Of a stretch of 64,000 nt of DNA, positions 1 through 13,820 are shown piece after piece. The position numbers and the translations under genes are program-made. Source of the stretch: the human T2T-CHM13v2.0 reference genome, Homo sapiens; assembly GCF_009914755.1 (NCBI RefSeq), contig NC_060926.1; one strand, given 5' to 3'. The notes below the pieces were generated by a model. It saw nothing but the letters and a program-made list of their open reading frames with translations. It made no database searches and was not told the DNA's origin. Each line of letters starts with the position of its first letter. Position 1 is the stretch's first letter.

Positions 1-1627
1 GAAGGGCAGGGTAGTAATCACACCTCCAAGATAAGCTCCCCAATTAGCAATGACCAGATGGGAACTGCCTAAACTAGTCTAAGTTATAGAAATATTTTTA
101 AAGCAATATTTTTTTTATTTTTTAGCTACCTTTAGTAACCTTCTTCATCTTACAGAATCAATATAGCAAGAAGTTAAAAGCAAGGGTTTAAAAACGAGAG
201 AAGCCTGAGTTTGAATTCTGACACTACCTTTCACCAGCTGCATGTGCTGGAGCAATTGTTAACATGTCTGCACCTCATATTATTTTAAGATCCTTCTTGT
301 CTTAAGAAGAGAGTGTCAACTTTCCCATGTCAGGAAAACTTGAGGCTCCAGGAAGGTAAAGCAACACCCACATAAAAGCCCCCACCGGAGCTTTCCGGGA
401 CCAGCCTGCCCTGGTCCATGCTCAGCACACTCCATCTGCCACAGAGGCTGATTCTGACAGACAGAAGTTTACAGTGACCACCAGGGCTCTGTCCCTCCAC
501 CCTAGTTCATACCATGTCTCTGCTTGGGTCATGTGCGCTGAGCCATGACAATGCCTTACAATCTCTGAGATCTGGGGAGACTTCAGACTGTCTAACTGGC
601 CTGTCTCCTGGCCCACCTAGCAAATGTCTGCCACCAACAGACCAGGAGACAGGCCAGTAGTGTGGTGTGAAAGAAACAGCCAGTGTCATGTGACCAGCAC
701 ATATACTGGTCTAAACACAGGGTATGTGTTTAAACAGCTTTATCTCTGTTGCAAACAGGCAAGACCACTGTCAGCCCATTTGCCGCCTTGGCGCAGCATA
801 GGAAAAGGTGCTCCCTCTGGGTGATGCCCAGTTGGTGGACACCCAGTAGGTAGCAGGATAGTTTTCAGGCAAACCTGCATAAACATATGTGCAGCCCAAA
901 AACAGGAAGTCCCATCCTGCTGCACCCAAGAAACAGAAAGGTTAGGACACCAAAAAGCAAAGACCAGCTAAAAAGAATTTAGTTTACCATCCTTTTATTC
1001 ACTATAAAATGCACTACATATTATCCAAACAGCTTAGTCCTCTGCCTGCAGACGTGAGGCTCCAATTATCCAAAGACCTCGGGCCAGAAATGGCCAAATC
1101 CACTCAGGGTTTGAGGAAGGATGACTCAGATGCCCACAATTGGAAAAAAAAAAAAAAAAGTGTGCACCGGTGGAGACATCCAATCACATCACAGGAATCT
1201 GATGGGCAGGGTCTCTCCCTCTCCCTCTTTCTTATTTAATACAAACATTTAAAAGTAAGCATAATTTTTAAAAAAGAGAGAAAGAACAAAAAGGAATTGT
1301 CCATGGGCACTCTGCAAATATTATTGCAGATATATAATCTGTCTTCTAGGAGGGCATCCAAATCCTTGAAAAACCTTGCTAAGAATAACAGACGATGATC
1401 TCAGTACTCCTCCACCTCCCATGAAAAGGGGAAAAGTCATCACATTATTATTACATTTTTTTGCCTCTCAGAGCCTCAGGATTGACCTCTCTAAAATGTG
1501 AATAATAACAGCAATGTATAGAGTGTTTTTTAGAATTACCTGGTGAGGATGTGGGACATAGGAAGTGGCTCACACCTGCTGATCCCTTTTCCCCCATCTC
1601 ACTTTGAGACTTGTGGGTATCTTTCAG

Positions 1628-1850
1628 TTGCCCTCTCCTGAGGATGGTGTTCTTGTTCATGGGATGTTCATGGATGCTTCTCGATGGGATGATAAGGAGA
1701 TGGTGATAGAAGATGCATTGCCCGGACAGATGAATCCAGTGCTGCCTGTGGTGCATTTTGAACCACAACAAAACTATAAGCCAAGCCCAACACTTTACCA
1801 CTGCCCACTTTATAAAACAGGAGCCCGGGCAGGAACACTCTCAACCACAG
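1628..1850 (+). CDS. DNAH6: Axonemal dynein heavy chain 6, penultimate coding exon ([21 protein letters not shown]...[19 protein letters not shown])
   Basis: ctttcAG|TTGCCC acceptor at 1627/1628 and ACAG|GTGAGG donor at 1850/1851; 223 bp (phase 0 to 1). The translation is the typical dynein heavy chain C-terminal domain (G-x-F-x-D-x-A/S-R-W-D, Y-x-CPLYKT-x-x-R-x-GTLSTTG). Confidence 0.95.
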
Positions 1851-2099
1851 GTGAGGATGTTCTTAAGATTAGTTCAAATAATGACCAAATGCAATCTTCA
1901 ATCAAAGTCCAAACACTAAGCTGTGATTGGCTCAAGATCTCCCTTGGGCCAATAAACTAGACTTAAAATGAAGCCACCTATAACATACAAAATTCGTAAA
2001 TGTAATTATAAATTCTATTTGTTCTGAGTATAGATTAATATTATAGAATTAATTCTTGCTTCTATTAGAATCCAAGGAGTAGAAAATAGAGTTTAACAA

Positions 2100-3230
<1,131 letters not shown>

Positions 3231-3252
3231 TTTGAAAACAATCCAGCTGTCT

Positions 3253-3385
3253 AGCCAGGTGTGGTATCATGTGTCTGTAGTCCCAGCTACTCAGGAGGCT
3301 AAGGTGGGAGGATCACTTGAGCCCAAGAGTTCAACACCAGCCTGGGCAACATAGTGAAACCCCCATCTCAATTAAAAAAAAAAAA
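3253..3385 (+). mobile_element. Alu monomer (FLAM/FAM-like)
   Basis: Single-arm Alu with A-tail; TSD AATCCA(G/A)CTGTCT. Confidence 0.85.
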
Positions 3386-3391
3386 TCCAAC

Positions 3392-3797
3392 TGTCTTTGT
3401 TTGTGTTTGTGTTGCTATAAAGGAATACCTGAGGCTGAGTAACTTTAAAGAAAAGTTTATTTGGCTCATGGTTCTGCAGGCTGGTGCCAGCATCTGCTTC
3501 TGGTGAGAGCCTCAGGATGCTTCCACTCATAGCAGAAGACAAAAGGGAGCTGGTGTTTAGAGGTCCCATGGCAAGAGAGGAAGTAGGCAAGATGGGAGGG
3601 AGGCGCCAGACTCTTTAACAAGCAGCTCTCGCAAGAACTAATAAAGTGACAGCTCACCCCCCATTCCAAGGAGTATTAATCTACTCATCAGGGATCTGAC
3701 CCCCATCAGCCAAACACCTTCCATTAAGCCCCATCTCCAACATTGGGGATCAAATTTCAACATGAGATTTGGAGGGATCAAACATCCAAACTATAGA
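3392..3797 (-). mobile_element. MaLR LTR (MSTB-like)
   Basis: tgttgctataaaggaatacctgagg...catccaaactatag resembles the MST consensus. Confidence 0.8.
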
Positions 3798-3799
3798 AG

Positions 3800-4251
3800 C
3801 CTGGCATAAAGAATTCTTACAAATCAGTAAGGAGAGGGGACCAACAAACTAACATTATCTGAAACTGTGACAGAAACCCCATCTTGTACAAGGATCAAAA
3901 GAAACTCTTTTTCAGCTATTTAAAAGAGGGGTAGTCCTATGTAGTAGTCATCAATGGCCACTAATATCCCAAAAAAGAAAGACAATCAGACATAATGTGC
4001 TTCCTGATAGAAGTACCTACTACCTAAGAATTATTCTTGCCATAAAACTCAAACCTGCCAGCCTGGGCAAGATGACGAGACCCCGTCTCTACAAAAAATA
4101 CAAAAATTAGCAAGGTGTGGTGCACACGCCTGTAGTCCCAGCCGCTTGGGAGACTGAGGCAGGAGGATCGCTTGAGTCCAGTTCAAGTCTGCAGTTAGCC
4201 ATAATCAAACCACTGCACTCCAGCCTGGGCAAAAGAATGAGACCCTATCTC

Positions 4252-4283
<32 letters not shown>

Positions 4284-4550
4284 AAAAAAAACCTCAAACC
4301 TGAATGTAGTCACGCCTCTAGATCTAACCACCCCTTACAGGAAGAGAGGAATATATTTAAAATCACCACAGCAGTGCTGTCATAAAATCCAGATTCTGGG
4401 AAACTTAACAGGACAAACAGTCTGGTTGTTTCAACAAATATATTACAAGGGGGCGGCAAAAGAAGCAGAGGGAAACCTACCAATTGAAAGATTTAAGAGA
4501 CACATCACTGTTGCAAGATATGAAACTCATTTGAATCCTGGTTATTAAGA
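3800..4550 (+). mobile_element. Old L1M 3' fragment containing a 5'-truncated AluJ (4058-4290)
   Basis: ctgaatgtagtcacgcctctagatctaac...ggaaact...aggacaaac is L1MC/ME-like; Alu TSD CTCAAACCTG. Confidence 0.65.
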
Positions 4551-4558
4551 AATTATTA

Positions 4559-4852
4559 GGCTGGGTGCAGTGGCTCATGCCTGTAATCCCAGCACTTTGG
4601 GAGGCCAAGGCAAGCGGATCATTTGAGGCCAAGAGTTTGAGACCAGCCTAGCCAACTGGTGAAACCCCGCCTCTACTAAAAATACAAAAATTAGCCAGGC
4701 ATGGTGGTACGCACCTATAGTCCCAGCTACTCAAGAGGCTGAGGTAGGAGAATCACTTGAACCCAGGAGGGCAGAGGTTGCAGCAAGCTGAGATCACGCC
4801 ACTACACTTCCAGCCTGGGTGATAGAGTGAGACCCTGTCTCGAAAAAAAAAA
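4559..4852 (+). mobile_element. Alu (AluS)
   Basis: Full dimeric Alu. Confidence 0.93.
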
Positions 4853-5071
4853 TTCTATGAAGTCTAAGCTGGACAAGTCCTAAAGAATTATTTGTTCTAA
4901 AATCTTCATTTTATAGAGCATAAAACAGACCCATAAAGGACTATTTGTCCAGCATCTTTAGGGGCAAGTCAGGCCTGGAACCCAGATGTCTTGACTCTTT
5001 GTAGCCTCTCTCTTTGTATGAGGAAGTTATTCTCTTAAGTAACAACCTTTTTTTCCTATATCCTTAATTAG

Positions 5072-5175
5072 GACATTCAACCAATTTTGTGGTAACCGTC
5101 CTGTTACCCTCCAAGCGGTCCAAAGACTACTGGATTGCCAAGGGATCAGCTTTGCTCTGCCAGCTGAGCGAATGA
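5072..5175 (+). CDS. DNAH6: DNAH6 last coding exon (G|[33 protein letters not shown])
   Basis: Not in the ORF track; translated by hand. Pyrimidine tract plus taattAG|GACATTCA; phase 1 joins the previous exon to give STTGHSTNF and W-I-x-K-G-x-A-L-L-C-Q-L. TGA at 5173-5175. Confidence 0.95.
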
Positions 5176-5325
5176 AAAGGTGCCACCTCAGCCCTGAAAA
5201 AGAACCAGGCCAGAGATCTTTCCTAATGGGAGCAAAAGGTTTGAATAATTTATATGTGAGCAAAACGGTGTTAATTCTGATTTGACTTAAACGTATTGTG
5301 ACTTTTATTTCTCTTATGACCTTAA

Positions 5326-5331
5326 AATAAA
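5326..5331 (+). terminator. DNAH6: DNAH6 poly(A) signal
   Basis: AATAAA ~150 nt after the stop, followed by GT/T-rich sequence (gtgtttgagttctttctgttgg). Confidence 0.8.
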
Positions 5332-7432
5332 GTGTTTGAGTTCTTTCTGTTGGCAATCCAAGCTCTGCTGTAGAAGCAGTGGGTTCAACAACCCACCTGT
5401 TAAGCCTGCTCCCCCACCCTAAGTGAGAGGCAGCTTCCCATCAGTTACTTTCTGGGACCCCCAGGAAGAGTAAGGACTCAGCACTCGCTTCCCCTCACAG
5501 GCTCCTTTCCTCTTCACCCTGATATGAAAGGCCCCAGGTGCTTCCATTTCTAGACAAGATGAAGGCTCTCAGAGTCCAGTGCATGGGAGGTTGATGCAGT
5601 GAGCACAACTGGTAGAGCAAATGAGCAGGATAAGAAGAAGTTGGCCTATGATGTCAGTTCCCTGTTCTGTGGGGCTTCATCACAATCCTTGGAAGAGCCT
5701 GTGCTTTCACAAAAGGGCAGGCCAATCCTGCCCAAGTACGGAGGATTTTCCCCTTCCACTTTAGGATGAATCTGTGTGAAAACTAACCAAGTCCCAGCCA
5801 GGTGCATTTGAGCCTCTGCCACCTCAAAAGCAGAGGTTGGTGGGTCAGTTCTCAAATGGAGCAGCCACTGTGACAAACCATCTTGTGTCAGTCCTGCCAA
5901 TAATGGTCTGCCTGCTTCCTCGGCCATAATGTGACCCAAGAAACAAGGAAATCACCCAGCTAGGATTGAGCCCTTGGTAGGAGCCATACCACCCTCTTAC
6001 AAAGAATTGGAGGAACAGAGTCAGCCACAGTGATCCTACCCTCCCAGTTTATCTCTGCCTCCCCACTTCATCCCCATACCTATCGAAGTTAAGAGCAGAC
6101 TCAAGTCGCAGAGAAGCAGGGAACACCACTTTTACCAGAAATCAGTGCACAAATCAGAAACTACTCTTGGTGTTTCAAGCAGAAATAGGTACTAACATGG
6201 GCACAGGAATGGCTGCCACTGCAGAAGTCAAAGAGTTGATATCAGGCATCACAGCATCTGTACTCCAAGGTGGGAACCCTGAAGGAAAAATTATGCCAAC
6301 CTCACAGCTACTTCACGCTGAAGCAGGGGAATAGAGGGGGCTGCAGAGACTGGCTACTGCACAAACTTGTGTCTGCTGAAGCCTGCACATAACCACGCCC
6401 CCTGCTCAAGAAAAATTCCCTCTGCCCACTTTTGTTTTCCAAATATCCCATGAGTGTATCTCATTAGGAGAATCGAACATAGCAGCGAGGGGATTTGGGA
6501 GTTTTTGCCCGCCTACGCCTGCAATACAGGTGGTGCAGAATGGAACCAAAGTGGTGGACATGGGTCCTGAGTGCCATCACACCGTTTTAGTAAGGCCACT
6601 GAGATCTTCTGGGCCCTAGAAATAACTGAACATGAACCCACAAAAGCCTCAGAAAAGGAAGGGAAGCCAGAGCTACAAACCCAGGCAATCAGCCTTACCC
6701 TAAGCCAGATTAGGGGACAAATACAACTACTTCTTATTGACCCCACCCAAGTCCTGGACAGACCTTCTACCCAGGGTTTTTATGGGCTATTCAGAGGCCC
6801 AGGACCATAAAGGACACTTGCCACAGGTGGGAGACCCTGATCTGGAACCATGGTGGTTAGGGGAGGGAGATCACCTGGGCAGGGTTAAAAGCTCCCATTT
6901 CAGATTCAACTGGGGAAGTTCTACTCTTACACATTTTATAGAGTCCCAATAAGATTTGTATTTAGAAAAGACATTGACAATAAACATGTAAATAATAAAT
7001 AACAAAATGGGGATTGGGGGTAGTTTGAAAACCACTTTCTTGCACAGCACCTCTGACAAAGCCTACCCACGCCCCCCAACCCCCCCACCCAGCCTCCAGC
7101 ATGTCAGTGAGACACACACATTATACAAAATAAAAGCATCTCTCAGGACACAGGGAGCACCCTATTCACCAGAGCTTGAATAGAGAGGTGCAGACCACAA
7201 GTTCCGTGGCCCACTGACTCCCCTGCATCCAGAACCAAGAGTGACACAAAGAAAGAGAGTGGAAAGAAGAAAGGGTCAGGATACAAAGCCAGGGCCTGAA
7301 GGGATCAGAGCTGCAGCTGAGAAGTGCAGGGCCTAGGGGGAGGCAGTGGAAGGATTCAGAGGGTGTGAGAGAAGAAGTTGTCTGCCTGATATATATATAT
7401 ATCATGAATAAAAATCTATACAAAAAAAGGTA

Positions 7433-7464
7433 TTTATTTTCATACAACTCATTTATAATTTATT
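7433..7464 (-). terminator. TRABD2A: TRABD2A poly(A) signals (two AATAAA)
   Basis: TTTATT on + at 7459-7464 and 7433-7438, ~220-250 nt past the stop; U-rich downstream sequence on the - strand. Confidence 0.7.
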
Positions 7465-7683
7465 TTCACACAACTCACTATGTTACAAAACTGTACACCT
7501 GCCCCCAAAGTTGGATAACCCAAAGTCACATTCCTTGGAAAGAGAAGAATCAACACTGGGCCGCTTTTTCAAGAGCAGTCTCTTCTGGATTGGGCCCAAC
7601 AAGGCTAGACCAGAATGTGGAGTACAGGAATGGCCATTCTTCAAGTCCGAGGGGTCAGGTTCTTAGCCTGGTGCTTCCAGTCG

Positions 7684-7867
7684 TTACAGGAGGGGTGTCT
7701 CTGTTTGGAAAGCCAGCACCAGCACCCAGAACACAGGAGTCCAGAGAGACAGGCAGGCACTGCTGGCCACCATCTGGCTGTGGTGGGAATGCCCACGGCG
7801 AGGGAGCCGCAGTTCAGTGGAGATGTGCCTGTCCAGGACAGGGACCTGGAGTTGCGGGACTATGTCA
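7684..7867 (-). CDS. TRABD2A: TRABD2A last coding exon (S|DIVPQLQVP...SSACLSLWTPVFWVLVLAFQTETPLL*), hydrophobic membrane/GPI-signal tail
   Basis: ctttgcctcctAG|TGACAT acceptor, phase 2; TAA at 7686-7684. Confidence 0.94.
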
Positions 7868-8499
7868 CTAGGAGGCAAAGAGAAAGACAGAGTCTGAAGT
7901 CACAGCAGAAACCACTGCACACGCCAAGGCCCCCAAATGCCCACACAGCTTCTCTTCATCTCCCCTCCTTATAGACAGGAATGGGTATTAGTATATTAAT
8001 AGGCTTCCTATATCTCTGGCCCTCTTTCATGTCTTTGGCCACTGCTACCAGAAAACCAAATGGCAGAGGATATTAAGACCAGCAGACTGGCTAACTGTCC
8101 CTGGCTATTTGGCTCTTTATTCAAAGATTAGTGAAAGTCTTCGTATAAGGCCGAATTCAAAGTTTGCTAACATTAGTCTCTGGGCAATCTTAGGCAGGGA
8201 CCCTCCTCACTGGCCACCACAGAGGCAGAGCCAGACCATGCAGATTCCTCCCTGGGTCTCTGCCTCTCTCATCTGCCCAAGTCCAGGCCTGATGTGCACA
8301 GCATATAGGCATACCAGGTCAAGACAGTTCAAGCTGAGGGGCCCATGACCTCAGGCTTACCCAGATCTTTCAACTCAGCTGAGGTATAAAGTGCCCAACC
8401 CCGTAGTCACCAATGGCCTTGTTTGAAAAAGTACTAAACAGGTCAATTTATTCCTCTGTCAATGGAGGATGGTTCATGAGTCACCCTGGGACATGAACA

Positions 8500-9180
8500 C
8501 CATCAGAAGCTGTCCCCATTCTCCAGGTCCCATCTGGCTGCCAGCTTCTGTCCATTTAAAATGCAGATCACACAGCATATCACATATCTGCTTCAAACCT
8601 TTCAATGGCTCCCTACTTCCCTCCGTGTTTACCTCTCTGGACACATCTCACCCCATTACTCCTTCACTTCCCAGGCTCCAGCCAGAATTACTTTATCTCA
8701 GCTTCTTTAACGCAATCGTTCCCTCCAACCAGGCTTTCACATTGTTCCCTCTGCCTTCAACTCTTCTCCTTCCCTATTCAGTTGTTCACTCACTCACTCA
8801 TTCATTCTACATTTATTAAGCACCTGTGCAGGCCCTGAATCCCTGCGTCTACTGATCCAGACTCAGAAGCTCTATTCACAAGGTTCCACTTTGGCTTCTA
8901 CTCAGTATAAGCCAAAAGGATGCTTCCTCAAGGGAAGACTTTCCTGACCTCTGACCCTAAGTAGTAACCTCCAACACACACACACATATGCATGCACCAC
9001 AAACACACACACCCACAGCAGCTTACACTTCCACTGCAGATTATCTATTCAAAAATCCATCTTCTTCACCAGACTGCAAGTTCCATGAAGGCAGGGCCCG
9101 TGTCTGGTTGGCCCCACACACATAGCATCCGACACAACAGCAGGCACAAAGGAGGGACTCAATAAGGCTGAGATTAATTT
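8500..9180. mobile_element. L2 fragments
   Basis: L2-typical motifs (aaacctttcaatggctccc, agactgcaagttccatgaaggcaggg, ctcaataa; cattcattc...tttattaagcacc). Confidence 0.6.
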
Positions 9181-9719
9181 AACTGGATTCCTGCTCCCAG
9201 CCTCTCTGGGGTAGTTCTTCCAGAAGCCTTGTGCCCTGCAGACTCAGGCTCGCCTATCCACCTCTGGTCTACTCCCCAGCCATCTCTGAGACTACATTTG
9301 GTGTAGGGTCACGACCCTTCCCTTACAATGTGGGGGTTAAACATGCCCATTCCTACCGAGCTGCTTCCAGCTCTGCAAGTCTATGACATTCTCCCTAAGT
9401 CTGCCATGGAGAAAGATATGAAATATCTAGTTCTTTGCAACCTTTCCAGATGCCTTCCACTTTTAACAGACTCATCCTACCCCGAAACTTGTTCTTTAAC
9501 AAGCATAAACATGTTGCCCTTGCCCTGGCTTGAAGCAACTATCTTAAATCTGGATTCGCTTCTGTCACAGTGGACAGAAAAAGGGTGCCTGGGGTCATGA
9601 GGAAAGGGAAAGGTTGCTCCATGAGGGGGGCTCCCATTGCAACCAGTGTGAGGGGCATTCCTGGGTCCGCTCACTAGGGTAAAGGTGGATGCCAACCCGA
9701 CCCAGCCTACTCGCCTGAC

Positions 9720-9971
9720 CTCTCCTCCAGGCGGACCCACAGATCGCTGAATTGCCGGAGTCGCGGCCTCCGCTGTGACCGCCTCCGCTTCTTCCGGAAC
9801 CTCTGTTCGGCCTCACTGGGCGTGTCGGCACTTCCAGGCCGGGACACAAGGGGAGGCAGCGTTGAGTGCCCTGAGGATACGGCTTCTGGTGCCGGTACTT
9901 CCAGGGTAGGGACTTTTGGAGCAAAGATGGTGGACAGAGTGGGCCGTGTGGAGGTCTTTTTACTCTTCCCT
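9720..9971 (-). CDS. TRABD2A: TRABD2A coding exon 6 (K|GKSKKTSTRPTLSTIFAPKV...RFRKKRRRSQRRPRLRQFSDLWVRLEE|S)
   Basis: gtacAG|AGGGAA acceptor and GAG|GTCAGG donor; 252 bp, phase 2-2; open frame, CpG-rich; contains the RQFSDLWVR motif. Confidence 0.93.
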
Positions 9972-10313
9972 CTGTACGCAAGTGGAAGGAGAAGGTATTT
10001 GGAGGAGGGTCACACAGCATGGCGCCCTCCCCAGCTCTCTTACACCTCAGGGTTTCAAGACAAAGGCAGATAACCTGAAAGTTCAAGCTGGCCAGGAAGG
10101 GCAGAAATTACCCAGTTCTTGAAATTACCTTGGGAATTTATCTCTTTGACGCCTTTTTTTTCCCCTCAGATATCCTCACCCTACCTTCTCCAAATCCCCT
10201 AGTCCTGGGGAGAAAGATCCAAGATTTTTAAACTATTACATGTACAGTAATTACTGTAGTTTTCCAACAATGAACAGGTCAGCACTGTCTAGAAAGACAC
10301 TGACAATTATAGC

Positions 10314-10478
<165 letters not shown>

Positions 10479-11445
10479 TAAAGCTTTTAAAGACAGATGG
10501 AAAATGTTTAAATGCCATTTGCTTAAAACCACTGAAGTAGCTCTTAACCCTCTTAACACTTTCTGAACCCTCATGAGGGCTTTATTCAGGAAGAGGCTCT
10601 CAGGGCTGTCTTCTAACCACTTAATTGCAGATTTGTTCTTAAATCATCTTTCCCAAAGAGAGATTTTCACAACTAATGGGAAACTCAGACTGACTTCTAG
10701 TTTTCCCCTAAAGGTGACTATAGTCACCAAATACTTCTTTGAGTGAAGAAATAAGCTACTATAAGGACCAAGTTTCTTCCAACAACAGAACTTTTGTCAA
10801 GGGTTTGGTGAAGGGGATGGGGGAGCAGAAAGAGAAGAATTCTACTAGATGTCAATCCCATTGGTCTCCTGATGTAGGTAGGTAGTGAGAGTCCTGAAAC
10901 TCACATCTGCCTGAGGAAGGGGAGCAGTGGATGCGCCATGTCTAGGGCTTTCCTCGTCCAATGATGTAGGTGCCACTGACCAGCACATGTAAGAACTCAA
11001 TTACTTAGCCTTGAGGAACCATCTACCTTACCAGAGTGGGTCCCAGTTCTGAGCCACGACATGGCAGAACCTGAGAAGTCAGTTAGTATTAATGGCCGTG
11101 TGTGAGGAAGGGAGGAGGTATACAAGAAGGAAAGCAAAAAAGGGAAAGACTTATATTGGGCAAAAAAGTTAAAAGAAGGGAATTCCTAAAATGGCAAAGG
11201 ATTAAAAAATGCCCCTACTCTGAACCTGAGACTAAGGACCCCAGAAACATAAATTCATAGCTAGAAGGTTCCTGGAGGACAGGGCTTAATATATTATTAC
11301 TGTCTCCTGAGCTCAGCGCAATGCCTGGTACATAACTGTGAAGCCACTTAAATGAACCCTTTCATTGTTACAACAAAGAAACTAGAGCCCAGAAAGGGAA
11401 TGTGCCCCCATCATGGCTCTCTAGGATTCAGGTGGCCTCCTAGGG

Positions 11446-11789
11446 CAGGGGTCCCCAGCCCCCAAGCCATGGACTAGCACTAGTCTGTGGCCTGTTAGGA
11501 ACTGGGCCACACAGCAGGATGTGAGTGGCAGGCAAGCAACCATATTACCACCTGAGCTCCACATCCTCTCAGATTAGCAGGGACATCAGATTCTCATAGG
11601 ATCGCAAACCCTGTTGTGAATTGTGTGTGCCAGGGATCTCGGTTGCACACTCCTTATGAGAATCTAACTAATACCTGATGATATGAGGTGGAACAGTTTC
11701 ATCCCAAAACCATCCCCCCCTCCCCGATCCATGGAAAAATTTTCTTCTACAAAATTAGTCCCTGGTGCCAAAAACGTTGAGGGCCACTG
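11446..11789. mobile_element. MER1B (hAT-Charlie) DNA transposon
   Basis: CAGGGGTCCCC...CCACTG termini; degenerate 8-bp TSD TCCTAGGG/TCTTAGAG. Confidence 0.85.
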
Positions 11790-12295
11790 TCTTAGAGGGT
11801 TCAAGAGCAGATGATCAGGTAGCTCCATGCCCATCAAGCCCTCTGCCCATGGCCGAAACTATGTCTTGGCCTCCATATGACCCAAACAGGTCCTGGTACA
11901 TGGTAGGCACTCAAGAAAAGTCTGTTGCTTTGATTTAGTGAGGAACATGGTCTCTAACTCACTAGGGCTGTGTTCTATGGTTTGAAACAGTGGATCCTCA
12001 CAGTGAGACAAATCATAGCTTTGTTTCTGTTCAACTCACAACAAACAAAGACCTCACCCCAGAAACTCCAGGTAGCCAAGGCCAGGGCTTAAGAGCCAAG
12101 TTAATAGCCCTGGGTGGGGGTTGGAGAGTAGGGATCAGGAAGGAATTAGCTTTACTCTTCCTGGTTTTTATCTCCCTTATATTTGTGAGTTAAGGAGTCC
12201 TGAGGAATCATAACACCTACTTTACAATTAAGGAAACTGAAGACCAGGGGGAGGAAACTGACCTGCACAAGGTTCCAAGAAGGATTCTATGCCAT

Positions 12296-12596
12296 CTTTT
12301 GTTTTGTTTTGTTTTGAGATGGAGTCTTGCTCTGTCCCCCAGGATGGAGTGCAGTGGCACAATCTTGGCTCACTGCAACCTCCGCCTCCCAGGTTTAAGA
12401 AATTCTCTGCCTCAGCCTCCCAAATAGCTGGGATTACAGGCACATGCCACCACGCCCAGCTAGTTTTTTTGTATTTTTAGTAGAGACGAGGTTTCACCAT
12501 CTTGGCCAGGCTGGTCTTGAGCTCCTGACCCCATGATCCACCCACCTTGGCCTCCCAAAGTGCTGGGATTATAGGCGTGAGCCACCGTGCCTGGCC
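12296..12596 (-). mobile_element. Alu (AluS)
   Basis: Full Alu with (GTTTT)n tail; TSD ATTCT(A/T)TGCCAT. Confidence 0.93.
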
Positions 12597-13326
12597 AATT
12601 CTTTGCCATTTTTAAGTAACATTCATTGTTGAGATTTTTTTCAGGTCATAAAGCTAATCCATTCTCATTGTAGAAAATATAGAGAGTATAAATTAGTGTC
12701 ACTGTAATCTCCAGGGAGATCCTACAGACAAATGCTCACATGGGCTCAGACAGGGGTTTAAGGGTCCCTAGGTCAATAGAGGTGGCTGCTCTTCTGTCTC
12801 AAATAGAAAATCCCAGCTGCTGAACACACCCAATCCATCATAGAGCCTCTGGGCTGGATCCCATCACAGGCTCAAGATCTAGATTACCATGTTTTGACCC
12901 ACCTGGATTCTCACAGTTTAGCTAAACTTCTACCCACAAAAGCTAAGCCCATGGTCATTTTGGCTACAATATAGGGCTACCCCCTTGTGCTGATAGCTTA
13001 TTTGCCCCCTACCTGCATTTCACGCAGCCTCCTCACTTCATGGAAGTCTCCAAGAAAGAAACACACTGGTTGACAAGGAAAAGACCCCAGGCTTGGAGCC
13101 TTAGACAAGATAATTGACCTTTCTGAGCCTCTGCCCCTTGCATAAAATTAACCTATCCTACCTCATTGCTGTGAGGATTAAAACAGCCCAAGCACCATGT
13201 TTCACACAGTGCTGAGCACACAGTAGATCCTTACTTCAAGTGCATCCCCCTTTCTCCCAGTCTTCTGAGAATGAGTGAAGCTGTATAAACCCTAGCAGGG
13301 CTGACCAGAACCTTAGAGCACCCCGC

Positions 13327-13820
13327 TGTGTAACCAAATGGACATCTGCCAGATCCCCAAAGATGTCCATGACCTAGCCCCTGGAAGCTGTGAACACATT
13401 ACCTTACACGGTAAAAGGAACTTTGCAGGTGTATTAAGTTAAGGACCTTAAGTTGAGGAGAGTAGCCCAGGTTATCCAGGGGTGCCCAATCCAATCACAC
13501 GGGCCCTTAAAAGCAGAGAACCCGTCTGTGGTCAGAGGGGGATATGACTATGGAAGAATGGTTATAGAGATGCAATATTGCTGGCTTTGAAGATGGAAGG
13601 CTCCACAAGTCAAGGAATGTGGGCAGCCTCTAGAAGCTGGGAAGAAAACAAATTATCTAGACCCTCCAGAAGGGAATGCAGCCCTGCCCACACCTTAGTT
13701 TCAGCCAGTGAGACCTGTGTCAGACTTCTGATCTCCAGAACTATACAATAATGAATCTGTGTTGTTCTAAGCTATTGAGTTTGTGATAATTTGTTATAGC
13801 AGCAATAGAAAACTAACATA
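13327..13820 (+). mobile_element. MaLR LTR (MLT1D-like)
   Basis: ccccaaagatgtccatg...ggctttgaagatgga...cagcaatagaaaactaaca. Confidence 0.8.

Noticed and set aside
9595-10122. ORF-track ORFs overlapping exon 6
   Set aside because: Alternative-frame or antisense shadows of a GC-rich exon; the real frame is set by the splice phases.
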